Positions 13,200 through 25,090 of a stretch of DNA of 64,000 nucleotides are shown one piece after another; positions within the stretch are counted from its first letter, which is position 1; each line of letters begins with the position of its first letter. A program made the position numbers and the translations under genes. The notes under the pieces are model-generated. The model was not told the origin of the DNA. It did not search any database and worked only from the letters and a program-made list of their open reading frames with translations. Where the stretch lies: positions 33,353,009 to 33,417,008 of the forward strand of contig NC_068982.1 of assembly GCF_001194135.2 (NCBI RefSeq), read 5' to 3'. Source of the stretch: Octopus bimaculoides (lineage: Eukaryota).

Positions 13200-13620
13200 G
13201 TAGGCTCAACTAGGCTGGTTAGGAAGTCATTGTAGTTGATGTACAGATTGAATTTCTTTAGGTGAAGGAAACATGGGCAGCAGGTGAATTCCAGAGAGGA
13301 GTGCAATTTTAACAGGAAAGAATGGAGTGTTTAGTTCAAGGTTTGGGTAGGAAAACAAAATAAGGGTGAAGAGAAGAGGACAAAATGGGCACACTGAGGA
13401 AGGCTAAGGCAGAGATCGTTCAAAATTTATAAGTGTAGAGATGCAGAGGTTGTCATTGTAATGATAGGAAGAGACAGAAAGAAGGAATGGTCTGTCTCTG
13501 AGTCACTAGTTGTCTTTGCTAAACAATGGTTTAAAATACAGTCTAAAGTGCTTATTGTACAGTGACAACACAACCAAAACAGGTTAGCAGTATTCAAAAA
13601 GTGGGTCAGAGTAATCAATC
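13200..13620 (-). mobile_element. Degraded CR1/L2-like LINE 3' end
   Basis: Fragments FEYC*PV, LDCILNHCL and PLWNSPAAHV resemble recalled EYCSHIW...LWNSLPAHV; many frameshifts. Confidence 0.4.
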
Positions 13621-13623
13621 TTA

Positions 13624-14113
13624 AGTTCCTTTCGAGTGTTGGACCTCACGGAGGCAAGGTGGCTGAGTTCCTTTCGAACAGGCCTAACAGAGGCAAGGTG
13701 GCCAAGTTCCTTTTGAACAGAACTCACAGAAGTGAGGTGGCTTAGTTACTTTCGAGCGTTGGGCCTCATGGAGGCATAGTGGCTGAGCTCCCTCTGAGTG
13801 TTGGGCCTCACGGAGGCAATGACCAAGGCCTTTGGCATTATGTCGTGCTTGGGAAGAGGACCCATCAAACCAAGCAAAATTGAAGTTGTGGCAGATACCA
13901 ATGTCAAGCAAATTGCACCCATACAGGTGGCATGTAAGAGCAGCCATTACACTCTCAGAATGGTTGTCATTAGAAAGGGCATCCAGCTGTAGAAAATCAT
14001 GTCAAATCAGACAGGATCCTGACACAGCCTTCCAGTGTGTCAGCCCAGTCAAACCATCCAACCCATGCCAGCATGGACAATGAATGTTAAATGATGATGA
14101 TGATGATGATGAT
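13624..14113 (+). mobile_element. (ATG)n-tailed element with five internal 39-42 bp tandem units
   Basis: Units agttcctttcgagtgttggacctcacggaggcaaggtggctg start at 13624, 13666, 13705, 13744 and 13786; the shared tail follows. Confidence 0.8.
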
Positions 14114-14567
14114 GGGTCAGAATAAGTGATCACCACTGAAATATTTTCTCACTCCAAAATGGAAACTTTGTCTTTGGGATCCTGTTTTGACAATGTTACA
14201 TATGCAGTCACCAAGGGGGATCATTAATGAATATTTGCATGCTAATGATGCCAAATTGTCAAACTCCCCAGCATGATGCAAATTTTCCAATCGCCAAGGA
14301 GTCATCACTGTCACGAAATATTCTAATGGTTGAGGAATGCAGGATACATTAAAAAAGAAACACTCGTTCTTCACAGAATAAACAGAATATTTCCTCATAC
14401 AGAATTAACTAGAAACTGATCAGTTTTTGCTAGATGAAAAATAAGGAATTATATGTTTGGGTTTTTCTTTTACTTTCTGTTTTTTTGTGTTGTGTGGTGT
14501 CCCACTCAAAATAAGCATGCAGATTCCTCACTTTAAAACAATTATAATAAATATTATCAACATTTAC

Positions 14568-14641
14568 CTTGGATTTGTTCAGTTTTGAACAAGGAGGAAT
14601 ATGTTCTTTACAGGAACTTTCATGAACATTGATAAGACAGT
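14568..14641 (-). CDS. Exon completing the C1 domain
   Basis: Acceptor ttttctttctttatttcag| and donor |gtaaat; 74 bp, phase 1 to 0. Joins the previous exon in frame to give NCLINVHESSCKEHIPPCSKLNKSK, supplying the remaining C, H, C, C ligands. Confidence 0.85.
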
Positions 14642-14939
14642 CTGAAATAAAGAAAGAAAAATTTGGTTAAAATAAAATTGGGCAGGACAAATATACCAAT
14701 TAACAACTGAAATACATAATCAAATCAATATATATAAATGATCATAAAGGAAATCAGCATTATTCAATTTGAGAAAGTGAAACAGTTTTATCAAATCCTA
14801 TGAAGGTTATTATTCTTTTAATGGTTTCAGTTGCCAAGCTGTGGCCTGGCTGGAGCATCGCCTTAATTTCTTTTTCTTTTTTTTTTTTTTAAGTTTTGTT
14901 GTCACATTATGATTGAAAGTTGGCTGATGATCAAATTTG

Positions 14940-15360
14940 TATATGCTGATCTCCCCTGAGTGTATCGTTAAATAGTTGGTTGGTCCAGTATTGTCGTTAG
15001 GAGTTCATCCAATGGTTTTTTTTTAAAGTTTCAGTAGAGGTCCCTTTTATATTTCTAATCTCTTTGGGTAAAAGCAGTTGAATACTTGGGGAGTTCTGAA
15101 TATTAGACAGGTACAGTAGAGGGTTTTTGTTTGTGACTTTGAAGAAGGTATATGTGGAAGCTGGTTTCACGCAACTTTTGAAATAGCAACTTTAATGGCT
15201 TGGCAACACTGTTTTTGCAAGTTTTCAATAGTATGGCTGGGAGACCATCTGGTCCTGGTGCTGAATTTGAATCTAAATCATTAAAAGTTGTAACTATGTC
15301 TTCTTCAATAATATCTAAAATCTCTAGACGTGTCTGAGCAGTTGAATTCTCGGGATCAAA
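14940..15360 (-). mobile_element. Internally deleted LINE (CR1/Jockey-group-like) ORF2 remnant
   Basis: IIEEDIVTTFNDLDSNSAPGPDGLPAILLKTCKNSVAKPLKLLFQK (RT N-terminal region) lies next to PQVFNC/LPKEIRNIKGTSTETLKKKPLDELLTTILDQP (ORF2 3' end). Confidence 0.65.
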
Positions 15361-16554
15361 AGATGTGAAGAAAGGAAATAATAATCAATCTTGGGTCAAG
15401 GTGACCTACATTGTATTGACCAGTAACCAAAGACAAGAGCTGAAGCAACATTTATTAAATATTAATCTTTAACCCTCCAGTAGCTTAGAGAGAATGTGGT
15501 CGACATAAGGGTAAGGAGAAGAATACACTATCAAAACAGGCTTTAAGATTATGTCAAGCCAGGGAGTGCTTCCAACCAGAATCTCAAAGAAGTTAACACG
15601 GATGAAAGAAACAATGCAACTAGGGACAAGCCAGTTCATTTCTTATTGCTGTATTGCATAATTCAGTCAGGAATTTATTCAGAGATGAGGAACTATCAAA
15701 GTCATTAGTCAAAAGACAAGCAGGAATTGTATTCCAACTGATGCAGACAATGCAGTGTGATGAACTTGTTCACCAGCAGTACATTTAATTTTAAATGTTG
15801 TAATTCAGCAACTTTCACTCAGTGTTCATATTATTTATTAGCTATGTCTAGCAGGAAATCCACAGAAGTCAGAGAAAAAGGCAGAAGAAAACTGATGTGA
15901 TTTTAGAGCAACATTTGTCTCTTAGAGCGCATCATAGGATATTTCTGTCAACTGATTTGAACCAGACCTTTGCAACAACATAGTCACTAGTGGTTGGTCA
16001 TCTGATATAGGAGTTGGCACAAAGTCAATGCAATTGCAAATAATCTTTCATGTGAAGGTTCATGTTTTGCAATTTTTAGGTTTGAGATAAAACTGCATTA
16101 ATATTCAAGTTATAGAGTATAAGCATTTATCTTTACTCTAAATATGCAGAATAGGTAGAGCACACTCAAAATCTGCTTCAATCATAATCATAATATCAAA
16201 CAAAAACAAGATAATAGTCAGTCAAGATGAAAGAATTACAAAAATAAATATACTATGTATTTGAGAAATGGTGAAATTTAAAAAATAATAAGAGAAAATA
16301 TTTCTCTAGAATTTTCAGAAAGAAGCAAAATACATCATTTCATTTATAAATGTAACTAGGAGTAACAATTGATACGATTTCTATTCAGTCAAACATAATA
16401 AAGAAAATAAATTTAGATACTAAAAATATTTTAAATAAAACATTTTTTTTTTTATGGCTATGAATGGTTGCAAGAATAATATCAAGAACAATTTGACAAC
16501 CCTAGCTAGTACTATTAAAACATCCAAAGATGTTATGAATCACTGATACTAATT

Positions 16555-16592
<38 letters not shown>

Positions 16593-19500
16593 CATACACT
16601 GAGGGAAACTATATTTTGTGAGCAGAGAATGGAATTTCAAAGATACACAAGTGAAAAAATTAGAGAATTTCCATTCTTTTATCAACATCATTTATAAATA
16701 GAAAATACCTTTTAACTTAAAAAATATTAATTCTAATTTCGGTTGAAGCTAAATACTAGTTCATCAAAGTTTCCAATGAGATGCTCACACACTCAGAAAG
16801 TATGATGACCCAAAATATTTAAAATCCACCAAAAAATAATAATAAAAATAATAATTGAGATAGCTAATTAAATAGCAGAAGTTCCAGTAATTCAATGAGT
16901 GACTGGGGTAGAAATATATCAAATGTACAGCTAAAAAATACACCATATATATATATATATATGTAGCAAGCCAAATAAATACAAATCAATCCACAAATAC
17001 TGTCTTCAGTTATAATCACGGACAAGTATTTGCAATGGTTGTCAATGACCAACAGAATGTAAACATGTTCATGTAGGCCAATGCTCAAAGTATTCCAGCT
17101 GCTCATTGCAAACACACACCAGACTATTGCTAGGACCACATTTTATGTGCCCTTACTTTCCTTTTTGAGATGATGGAGGTACGACTTCAGGGAGACTCTC
17201 GCTGTTATTTCTAGTAAGAGAGGTACCTCACTTAGATATTTTACTGCATCCCACTTCAATCTTTTTACCTTTACATACATATCAGTTGAGTATCTTACCT
17301 TGCTATGAAAACCAATTTTAGTCCAGAAACTTTGATAATGAAGCATACAGTTTAAGCTTTAAATAAGACCCACAACTACCTATCCAATATAGTGTACACA
17401 TTAAATCTAGGAGAGTAATTAGAAACATTACTTACAGAAATAGCCAATTCGCTTAATAAATTCTGACTGATGAGACATGTTGAAACAACAATGGTACCCC
17501 AGTATCCCAGGAACCAAGTGTGTTATGAACACACTGTCATCACAAAAGGAAGAAGTTGCCCACATGTGACATACACAACAATGACAAGCAAATTTGTGTT
17601 TGAATTTGCCAGGATATACTAAGTATAAATATGCAAATCCTTGTTTAATTAATCCTATTTACACAAAGATAATTCAAATTAGATCAAAACTTTTTTCTTC
17701 TTCTGTGTACTTCCCCCATATTGAAAATTTTGACATCTACAGCTGTTTGTCTTGTTATAAATGTGATTTTATAAAACTACTTTGAAATAAAATGTCAATA
17801 GATGATTAAATTTCTGTTATCTCATTCATGTGACTGAACAGTTCACAAAATATCAATTACAATACCATAAGCATTTTTTACCATTTTACCAAATAAATTG
17901 TAATGGGATGCAAAGATGAGTGGATTGAAAACATGAGACAGAGATCTTATGCATTATGTTATAAATTCAACCCAACTTTTACACTTCAACCAGTGACAAA
18001 CTATGAAAAATCTTAACTTGTAAAACAGCTGTGATTATGACCTTAGTCAGACGTTTAGAAAAATAATCCAGGTAATGACAAATTAAACTATGTAGAATGC
18101 AAGAAAATGTCACTGAATCACTGAGGTGGTTCTAATAATTCTAGTACTAAACAGGTCATAAAACAGGAACTCTAATTGAAATCAAAATAACTAATTGTGT
18201 GTTGTACTAATATTTGTATTGAAGAGATATATTTAGTGACATTAATATCAATATTTTTTTTCTTTTTGTATATATATTTTCTATCCTAGAGTCATTTCAT
18301 CTCAGACCTCATAAACATTTGCACAATCAATTTACAGAACATTACTTAAGTACAAGATCCTAAAACTTGTCAACTAAACCATATCTTAGAAAATGGTTGT
18401 TTTTCTTATCAATAAACATTACCTGACAGAGGCGACCTACTTGATTATACCATATCAGTAACACCAGTTTAAGATGGCGCCTCAGTAATTTATTCTATAA
18501 ACAATGTAAGTTTCCTGTGTCAGTCAGGGTACTTTCTTGTACATTTACTTGTGAGGTATGCAGTGCCAGTGTAAGGGATCTACCAACGTCTTTACAGGAT
18601 AGATCATCTGCTATCTGCTTCCACCTAGCCTCCAGCTTTAGCCTGTGGCTCTACTCTCTGCATGCAGTAATGAGCTGCCACCTGGGTAATGGCATTGGTA
18701 GATCAGCTCAACTAGGTTGAGGGTAATCAGGAGTTTTGAACTGTCTGTGAAAATCAATATCCAGCAATTTCCCTGAGGGGTAAGTTCATGGAACAGGACG
18801 AAACAAAATAGATCACCCTGTTCATCGCACTGCACCTCTGATATAGCTCCAGTCAGCTCAACCCACTTGCCACTAGACTGGGAAGTCAGTTGATGAGAAG
18901 ATTGAAACTGGTCATCCTTCACTATGATTCAAATTCAGCAGAAGTTGACACCCAACCTTCTCCAAAACTACACAAACAGACAACAGACTTCTTGTTGCAG
19001 TGACCAGGTATTGCACAGTACTACATCAAATGAAAAATTGCCACTTTCACAGTTTCAATACTCAGAAGGTGTAATATAAGAAGCCATCTGCACAGCTGTT
19101 GTTGATATTCTTTCACATGTGTTGTCAATATATAAGAGATATGGTCACCTTCGAGAATGAAGGACAAACAAATATGAATATGCATGGTAAACCTCCAATC
19201 ATCACTTCAGCATGAAAAGTAGCAGTTTATACTTTGTTGAAAAGGTGATACTAAGACCAAAGCATGTCTAAATTTTTCTCCCCCTACTCACAGAAATAAT
19301 TTTTCTATCTGACATTTTGAGGTTCCTTGCATTACATACGTTAACACTCACATAACAATGTGAACTGACTAGAATTGCATATCAGCTGACAGCCTGTACA
19401 AGCGTTTGAAGTTCTTTATTCAACAGCTAGTAAATGACGGTAACACACACATACACACACTAGTTTAATAAAATTTGGGTAAAAATTTTGTAGAATGCAA

Positions 19501-21798
19501 AGCTCATCCACAATTATTGGCTACCTGATGTCACCATACAGTGATACAGTAAAAATGCTCCTGCTACTGGATATAAACATTATTCAAATAAGGTGATGCT
19601 TATAATTTTTGTCAGGTACTGTAATAACACAGGAAAAAAAAAAAAGTTTTAAACTAGTGTTTTGAAGATTACTAATGGTCATATGACATTATATTGAACT
19701 CAATCTATTGTTTGTTTTAATAACAATTGTTCACTTGCTAAGAACACTTGAAGTATCATCAACTTGTTACATAACAAGTTGATGATTAAACAGTTTTAGC
19801 ATTGTAAGTATTATGAAACACCCAATCTCATATTGAGGCAACATTTAGAAAAAAGAGAACTTAAGCTCCAAAGAACCATGCTTTACATGGTAATTCCAAC
19901 AAAAACTAATCCTTCACTGAAAGAGCTATTAAACAAAAGAATCCTTAAAATCATACTTTCAGGACTAAATTTTCAAAGCTAGTGTTCTGATCATATAGAG
20001 AAACAAATTTATAATTAAATTGCAACTATTTTTCATATAAAATAATATAAGACATTATAAGCATCAATTTTGAGAAAGCAAAGAGAAACAGGATCACTGA
20101 CAGGACTGATGCTCTTTCCCGTCTCAAATTAATACTTATCATCTCTCTAATACCATTTTACATACACGGTATTGTTTAGTCACAAGCCAGTCCTGGTTGA
20201 GCTGAACTATGATGTTAAAAAATAAAGTGTAACAATTGTGACCATTACATTTTTTTTATTATCTACACTTTGTGCACCCAGAACCACATTATCCAAGTGT
20301 TTTAATTTCATGATGGAAAATAGTGATTCAAAGGATATTTGGCTTCTAATTTTAATAGATCAAACACTGTTGGTGCAAGAGTTCTACTGATGTATGATTT
20401 TCCTAACAGTCATCACTTAACTGTGAAATGGTGGTATTGGTTCCAGATTTTAGCACAGTAATGTCACTTATTTACCAGCATTATCAAAATGCAGCTAAGA
20501 GTGGTGGAATAGCAAAACTTAATAATAGCAGTATTTAGCTTCATTACTCTACAAAACTGATTTTACATTTCATCACTGCAGAGTCAATAAGTATCAGTTA
20601 TATAATGAATGTTTATTACTGTAAATCATGATGTCATTGCTGAAAAGTGTGGCTGTAGTGATAGTGACACCCTCATAGATGCTAAGAAAGACACATGGAA
20701 TGAAAATAACTCGTGGAAGGAGACCTACTCCAAGTAGGCCTAACTGAGTGATCACCAATTGAGGTTGACAGCTATATGGTCAAAAAGGCCATAAATATAT
20801 GAAAGCAGAGAAACAATAGAACCATCAGAGATATTTGCCAAGATGCTGATAACAATTGGCATTGGGCGATTCCAAAATCCAAAACCTATTTTCTTACAGA
20901 TTTTCCAGGTTACAGGAAAGTTAATAAGCAAAGAAGTCAATGGAAAAATACATTTCCCATTCAGAATTCCATGTTAGTTACAGCAATTTTTTTTTTCCTG
21001 AAGTGCAATGCTTTCTTTGGTCAGCCCAAATAAAGGAGATCTATAATCAAAAGTGTTACAGTTATGACCATTTCTTTTATTTCAGCATAGTATATTTACG
21101 AGTATATTATCCAATGTGTTATTTTTTTTTAAGTGGGTAACTTGTCATTTAAGATTTAGTTGTCGTTTCTATCAAATTGAATCACAAAGTAGAAATTGTC
21201 ATTGACTTCAGCCAAGTGGATAAATTAAAAACTAAATTTATGTATCATTAATTAAGGAATCTAACTATTTACACCAGAGAGAGGATCAATGCTACCAAGC
21301 TGGAATGGAGCTTTTTACATGAAAGAAGTTAAAAATTTACATTATCAAAAAATAAGTTTCCAAACAAAAACTGATCCAAAAGGATATCACGCAATTTGTA
21401 AACACTATGTACATTTCAACTGAAACTTTAAACATAAGCTAACTTCAGTAAATCTAGTCTGTGTCCTTAACAATTGAATGTCTTAATGTAGTTGAACAAT
21501 TGGATATATACATAAAATTACTGAAAATTACAAGAAAAATACATTATTTATAAACTGAAGTTTTTTAATATACTGCTTAATTGTCCATGTTTTTAATGCT
21601 ACACTGCAAAATATAGGATAAAAGCATAGTTTTTAGGTCAAGAATTTTTACATTTAGTAGTTTTGCCATAAGTTTATTGTGAGAAAAAACTATGAATATA
21701 GAATAAAACTTCAGGTGTTAAATGTACAGTAAATACCTATTTTGAATCCTTATAATGAATATTAAAGAATTGCAGTTGAAAGCGGAGAAAAGATTTAA

Positions 21799-22018
21799 CC
21801 TTCTAGTATTCAGGCTACCCTATCAAATGTAATGCTTATCTAATCACACTGTTTTCAATTAATCATGCATTATCTTGTAGCTTTGAGACTTTGATGATAT
21901 GATTGCTTACTTTTAGTATGACATTGTAGGATAGGTGAGAGAGCCTGGATATGGCTGGTTTGAACATAAAACGAGTAGAATATCTGGGCCAGATATAACT
22001 GATCTAAACATTAAAGGG
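21799..22018 (-). mobile_element. piggyBac-like MITE
   Basis: TTAA at 21795-21798 and 22019-22022; homologous to 373-590. Confidence 0.75.
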
Positions 22019-22056
22019 TTAAGATGTATGAAATGAGAAAATCAAATGATACTTAC

Positions 22057-22189
22057 TCTCACACTGGACAGCTGCTTTATTTGCCATGCTCTTGTTACAT
22101 ACATGACACAGTGAAGTATTACTTATCGAGAGAGACACAAACTGGTGTGCATTTTTATGTTTGTTCTCTTTCTCTTTGCCATCTTTTCC
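22057..22189 (-). CDS. Exon of an Lbc-family RhoGEF-like gene (AKAP13/ARHGEF28/ARHGEF18-like): basic stretch plus N-terminal half of a C1 zinc finger
   Basis: Acceptor ttgcag| and donor |gtaagt; 133 bp, phase 0 to 1. Translates GKDGKEKENKHKNAHQFVSLSISNTSLCHVCNKSMANKAAVQCE, with H-x12-C-x2-C C1 spacing. Family assignment is from recalled similarity to ARHGEF28/AKAP13 C1 domains; DH-PH not seen in the window. Confidence 0.85.
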
Positions 22190-22546
22190 CTGCAAAGTTA
22201 AAAACAAATAAGTTATTTTTTATCATATAATTTCAAATGAACAAGAAAAAGAGAAAATCTAATCCACAAAACAAAACATCCTGCTCTTGCCAGTACAAGC
22301 ACTGTTTTAACTCTGTTAGCTTAGCTGTAGTTACACGAACCAAACCAAAACTAAAACAGATAATTTATCCCAACAACATGAAAATACAGCTATCACAACC
22401 ATCATTATATGATCAATTTTTTCTAAAAGTGCACCATATTGATTATGTACAGGACGAAATAGGATCCAAGTCCTACATTCTAGAACAACTCCTATGAGAA
22501 AGTGGCAGTTAAAATGATAACAATTACAATCATATAGAATCTAGAT

Positions 22547-22764
22547 CAGTGGTTCTCAACCAAAGTCCATATAAGATCTTGTTAAAATTTGTGAAAATAA
22601 ATTGGTTCTACAATACACAAAATATTTTAACAATTTTTTTATGCAGTTCTTAACAATCATAAAATCATAATAGAATGTTTTAAACATTGAATAGCTATGA
22701 GGTCCCATCTGAATAAAACAGGAATCAAAGGGGTCCTTAGGTGAAAAATAGTTGAGAATTACTG
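22547..22764 (+). mobile_element. hAT/Charlie-like MITE
   Basis: Termini cagtggttctcaac...gttgagaattactg; 8-bp flanks atctagat/gtctagat fit NTCTAGAN. Confidence 0.75.
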
Positions 22765-22997
22765 GTCTAGATTCTAGACTCAAGCACACTACATGACCAA
22801 TCACTTAGTGGCAAGACCATAAAATTAGGCACATGATTTGGTTTATAATCATTATACATCACTTGTTAAAATAGTGTTAGAATCTCCCAGGTTAAGTGAT
22901 AAAAATCTACACATTATCAGTCATTGTGTTTATGGTGATCCAACAAAATAATCAAGTTTGGAATATTACAAAATGTTAAAAAAAGAAAAAATAACAA

Positions 22998-23608
22998 ACT
23001 CATTAGCAGTCAGATTACTCTGACAAATGTAATAATTATTCATTCAAATTCAACTGAATTAGTTCTGCATGCATTATCTTGTAACTTTGAGATTGCAATG
23101 ATGTGATAGTTTATTTTTAGAATATTGTAAGGTAAGTGGAGGCGCAATGGCCCAGTGGTTAGGGCAGCGGACTCGCGGTCATAGGATCGCGGTATCGATT
23201 CCCAGACCGGGCGTTGTGAGTATTTATTGAGCGTAAACACCTAAAAGCTCCACGAGGCTCCGGCAGGGGATGGTGGCGAACCTTGCTCAACTTTCTCTCA
23301 CTCTTACTTCCTGTTTCTGCTGTGCCTGTAATTCAAAGGGTCAGCTTTGTCACACTGTGTCACACTGAATATCCCCGAGAACTATGTTAAGGGTACACAT
23401 GTCTGTGGAGTGCTCAGCCACTTGCACGTTAATTTCACGAGTAGGTTGTTCCGTTGATCGGATCAACTGGAACCCTTGACGTTGTAAGCGACGGAGTGCC
23501 AACAACAACAACATTGTAAGGTAAGTGTGAGAGGTTAGATCTGGTCAGTTTGAACATAAAACCAGTAAAACATTTTGGCCAGATACGGCTGGTTTAAATG
23601 CAAAAGGG
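22998..23608 (-). mobile_element. piggyBac-like MITE interrupted by a SINE
   Basis: MITE sequence at 22998-23138 resumes at 23513-23608 and ends caaaaggg. Confidence 0.7.
23139..23512 (+). mobile_element. Young tRNA-derived SINE with (AAC)n tail and 15-bp TSD
   Basis: A box tggcccagtgg, B-box-like ggtatcgattcc, CpG-rich, tail (aac)n; attgtaaggtaagtg duplicated at 23124-23138 and 23513-23527. Confidence 0.85.
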
Positions 23609-24048
23609 TTCAACAGTAAGAATAGAAAAATTGTTTATCTTTATGAAGATAATGTCTAAACTTGCTGCTGAGTTTCACACTGCCACCTGCTCTGTTGGGT
23701 ATCGATAGCTGTGTTCATTTTGCTGCAAGCGTTGACAATTAGACACAAAGTTCCAACTCCATCCAAGATTCTACCCCCATTCCACACTACAGACACTGAT
23801 ATACAGCTGTCCAAATTGGATATAGACAACATCAGGTTCACTTGTGTGTGAGGACCTGCAACTATTATGGGCCCTGTTCCTCTTCTCCTGACTAACTCAT
23901 ATAAAAAAAAGTAGAAATTAGAAGCAGATCGCTGGAAATATTAAGAACATAAATGACATTAAACATAACCTTGCACACAAATAGAAATTTTCTCCTCTTC
24001 TCACACTTTCTTCCACTCTCTCTTTCTTCCTCTCTCTCTCTTTCTCTC

Positions 24049-24082
<34 letters not shown>

Positions 24083-24265
24083 TGTGAGTACAGATGCACA
24101 CATTTACATATTAAGTAAGATTTATGACACTAAAAGTATAATACTTAAATAAAACCATACTAATTCCCCAATAACATAAATACTGTAATAGAAGCCCTAC
24201 TTAAAATTATTACAATAGCTTACTTAGATTTGGATACTAGCATATTTTGTAAAATTTAACAATGC

Positions 24266-24266
<1 letters not shown>

Positions 24267-24314
<48 letters not shown>
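24267..24314 (+). repeat. (TG)n microsatellite
   Basis: Direct reading. Confidence 0.95.
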
Positions 24315-24317
<3 letters not shown>

Positions 24318-24818
24318 TTATAGACATGTGTGAATGTATTGCATCTGCTTATTGTATACGTGTTTGTTTTTCACCCCCATTCTGTATGTTCTCACCAAAT
24401 ACACTGAAGAATTTTAGAAAAGAAGAAAGAGGAAAATAGTNNNNNNNNNNNNNNNNNNNNNNNNNNNNNNNNNNNNNNNNNNNNNNNNNNNNNNNNNNNN
24501 NNNNNNNNNNNNNNNNNNNNNNNNNNNNNNNNNNNNNNNNNNNNNNNNNNNNNNNNNNNNNNNNNNNNNNNNNNNNNNNNNNNNNNNNNNNNNNNNNNNN
24601 NNNNNNNNNNNNNNNNNNNNNNNNNNNNNNNNNNNNNNNNNNNNNNNNNNNNNNNNNNNNNNNNNNNNNNNNNNNNNNNNNNNNNNNNNNNNNNNNNNNN
24701 NNNNNNNNNNNNNNNNNNNNNNNNNNNNNNNNNNNNNNNNNNNNNNNNNNNNNNNNNNNNNNNNNNNNNNNNNNNNNNNNNNNNNNNNNNNNNNNNNNNN
24801 NNNNNNNNNNNNNNNNNN

Positions 24819-24884
24819 TTTGTTTTTGTTTTATTTTCATTCTTAGAGAACCTTTCAAAATGCATTCCATGTCTCAAGAAATTC
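24819..24884 (-). CDS. Candidate upstream exon running into an assembly gap
   Basis: Acceptor ttttttatgtag|; open phase-2 frame NFLRHGMHFERFSKNENKTKT up to the N-gap; no donor visible. Confidence 0.25.
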
Positions 24885-25090
24885 CTACATAAAAAATATA
24901 TTTCTTTATTAACTCTTTTCTTTCTCTTTCAAAAGAAACAAACCAAATCGTAAAACTGTCTTCGAAAAGTTTGGAAGTGTTAAATCTATCAGATGCCACA
25001 AAGAGGTTTTAGCATATTTCATTGTAACCAAGACCTTGTTTTGAGAAAATTCAACAATTCCCTATTAAGAGGGAATTTTTCCCCATAAGA

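Noticed and set aside
13624-13820. CRISPR-like regular repeats (also 60906-61150)
   Set aside because: Contiguous diverged tandem units with no unique spacers, no cas genes, and a eukaryotic retroelement context.
17143-17500. Several gtaag donor-like sites with short open segments
   Set aside because: The C1 exons join in frame without them, and none has a convincing acceptor and phase.
18480-18960. Possible LINE relic (LEARWKQIADDLS)
   Set aside because: Probably transposon-derived, but I could not match a diagnostic motif.
23139-23215. tRNA gene
   Set aside because: The tRNA-like head continues into a SINE body, tail and TSD; no clean cloverleaf or terminator.
24349-24877. ORFs of 161-173 aa
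   Set aside because: They span the N-gap 24441-24818; only the 66-bp edge is kept, as a weak exon candidate.
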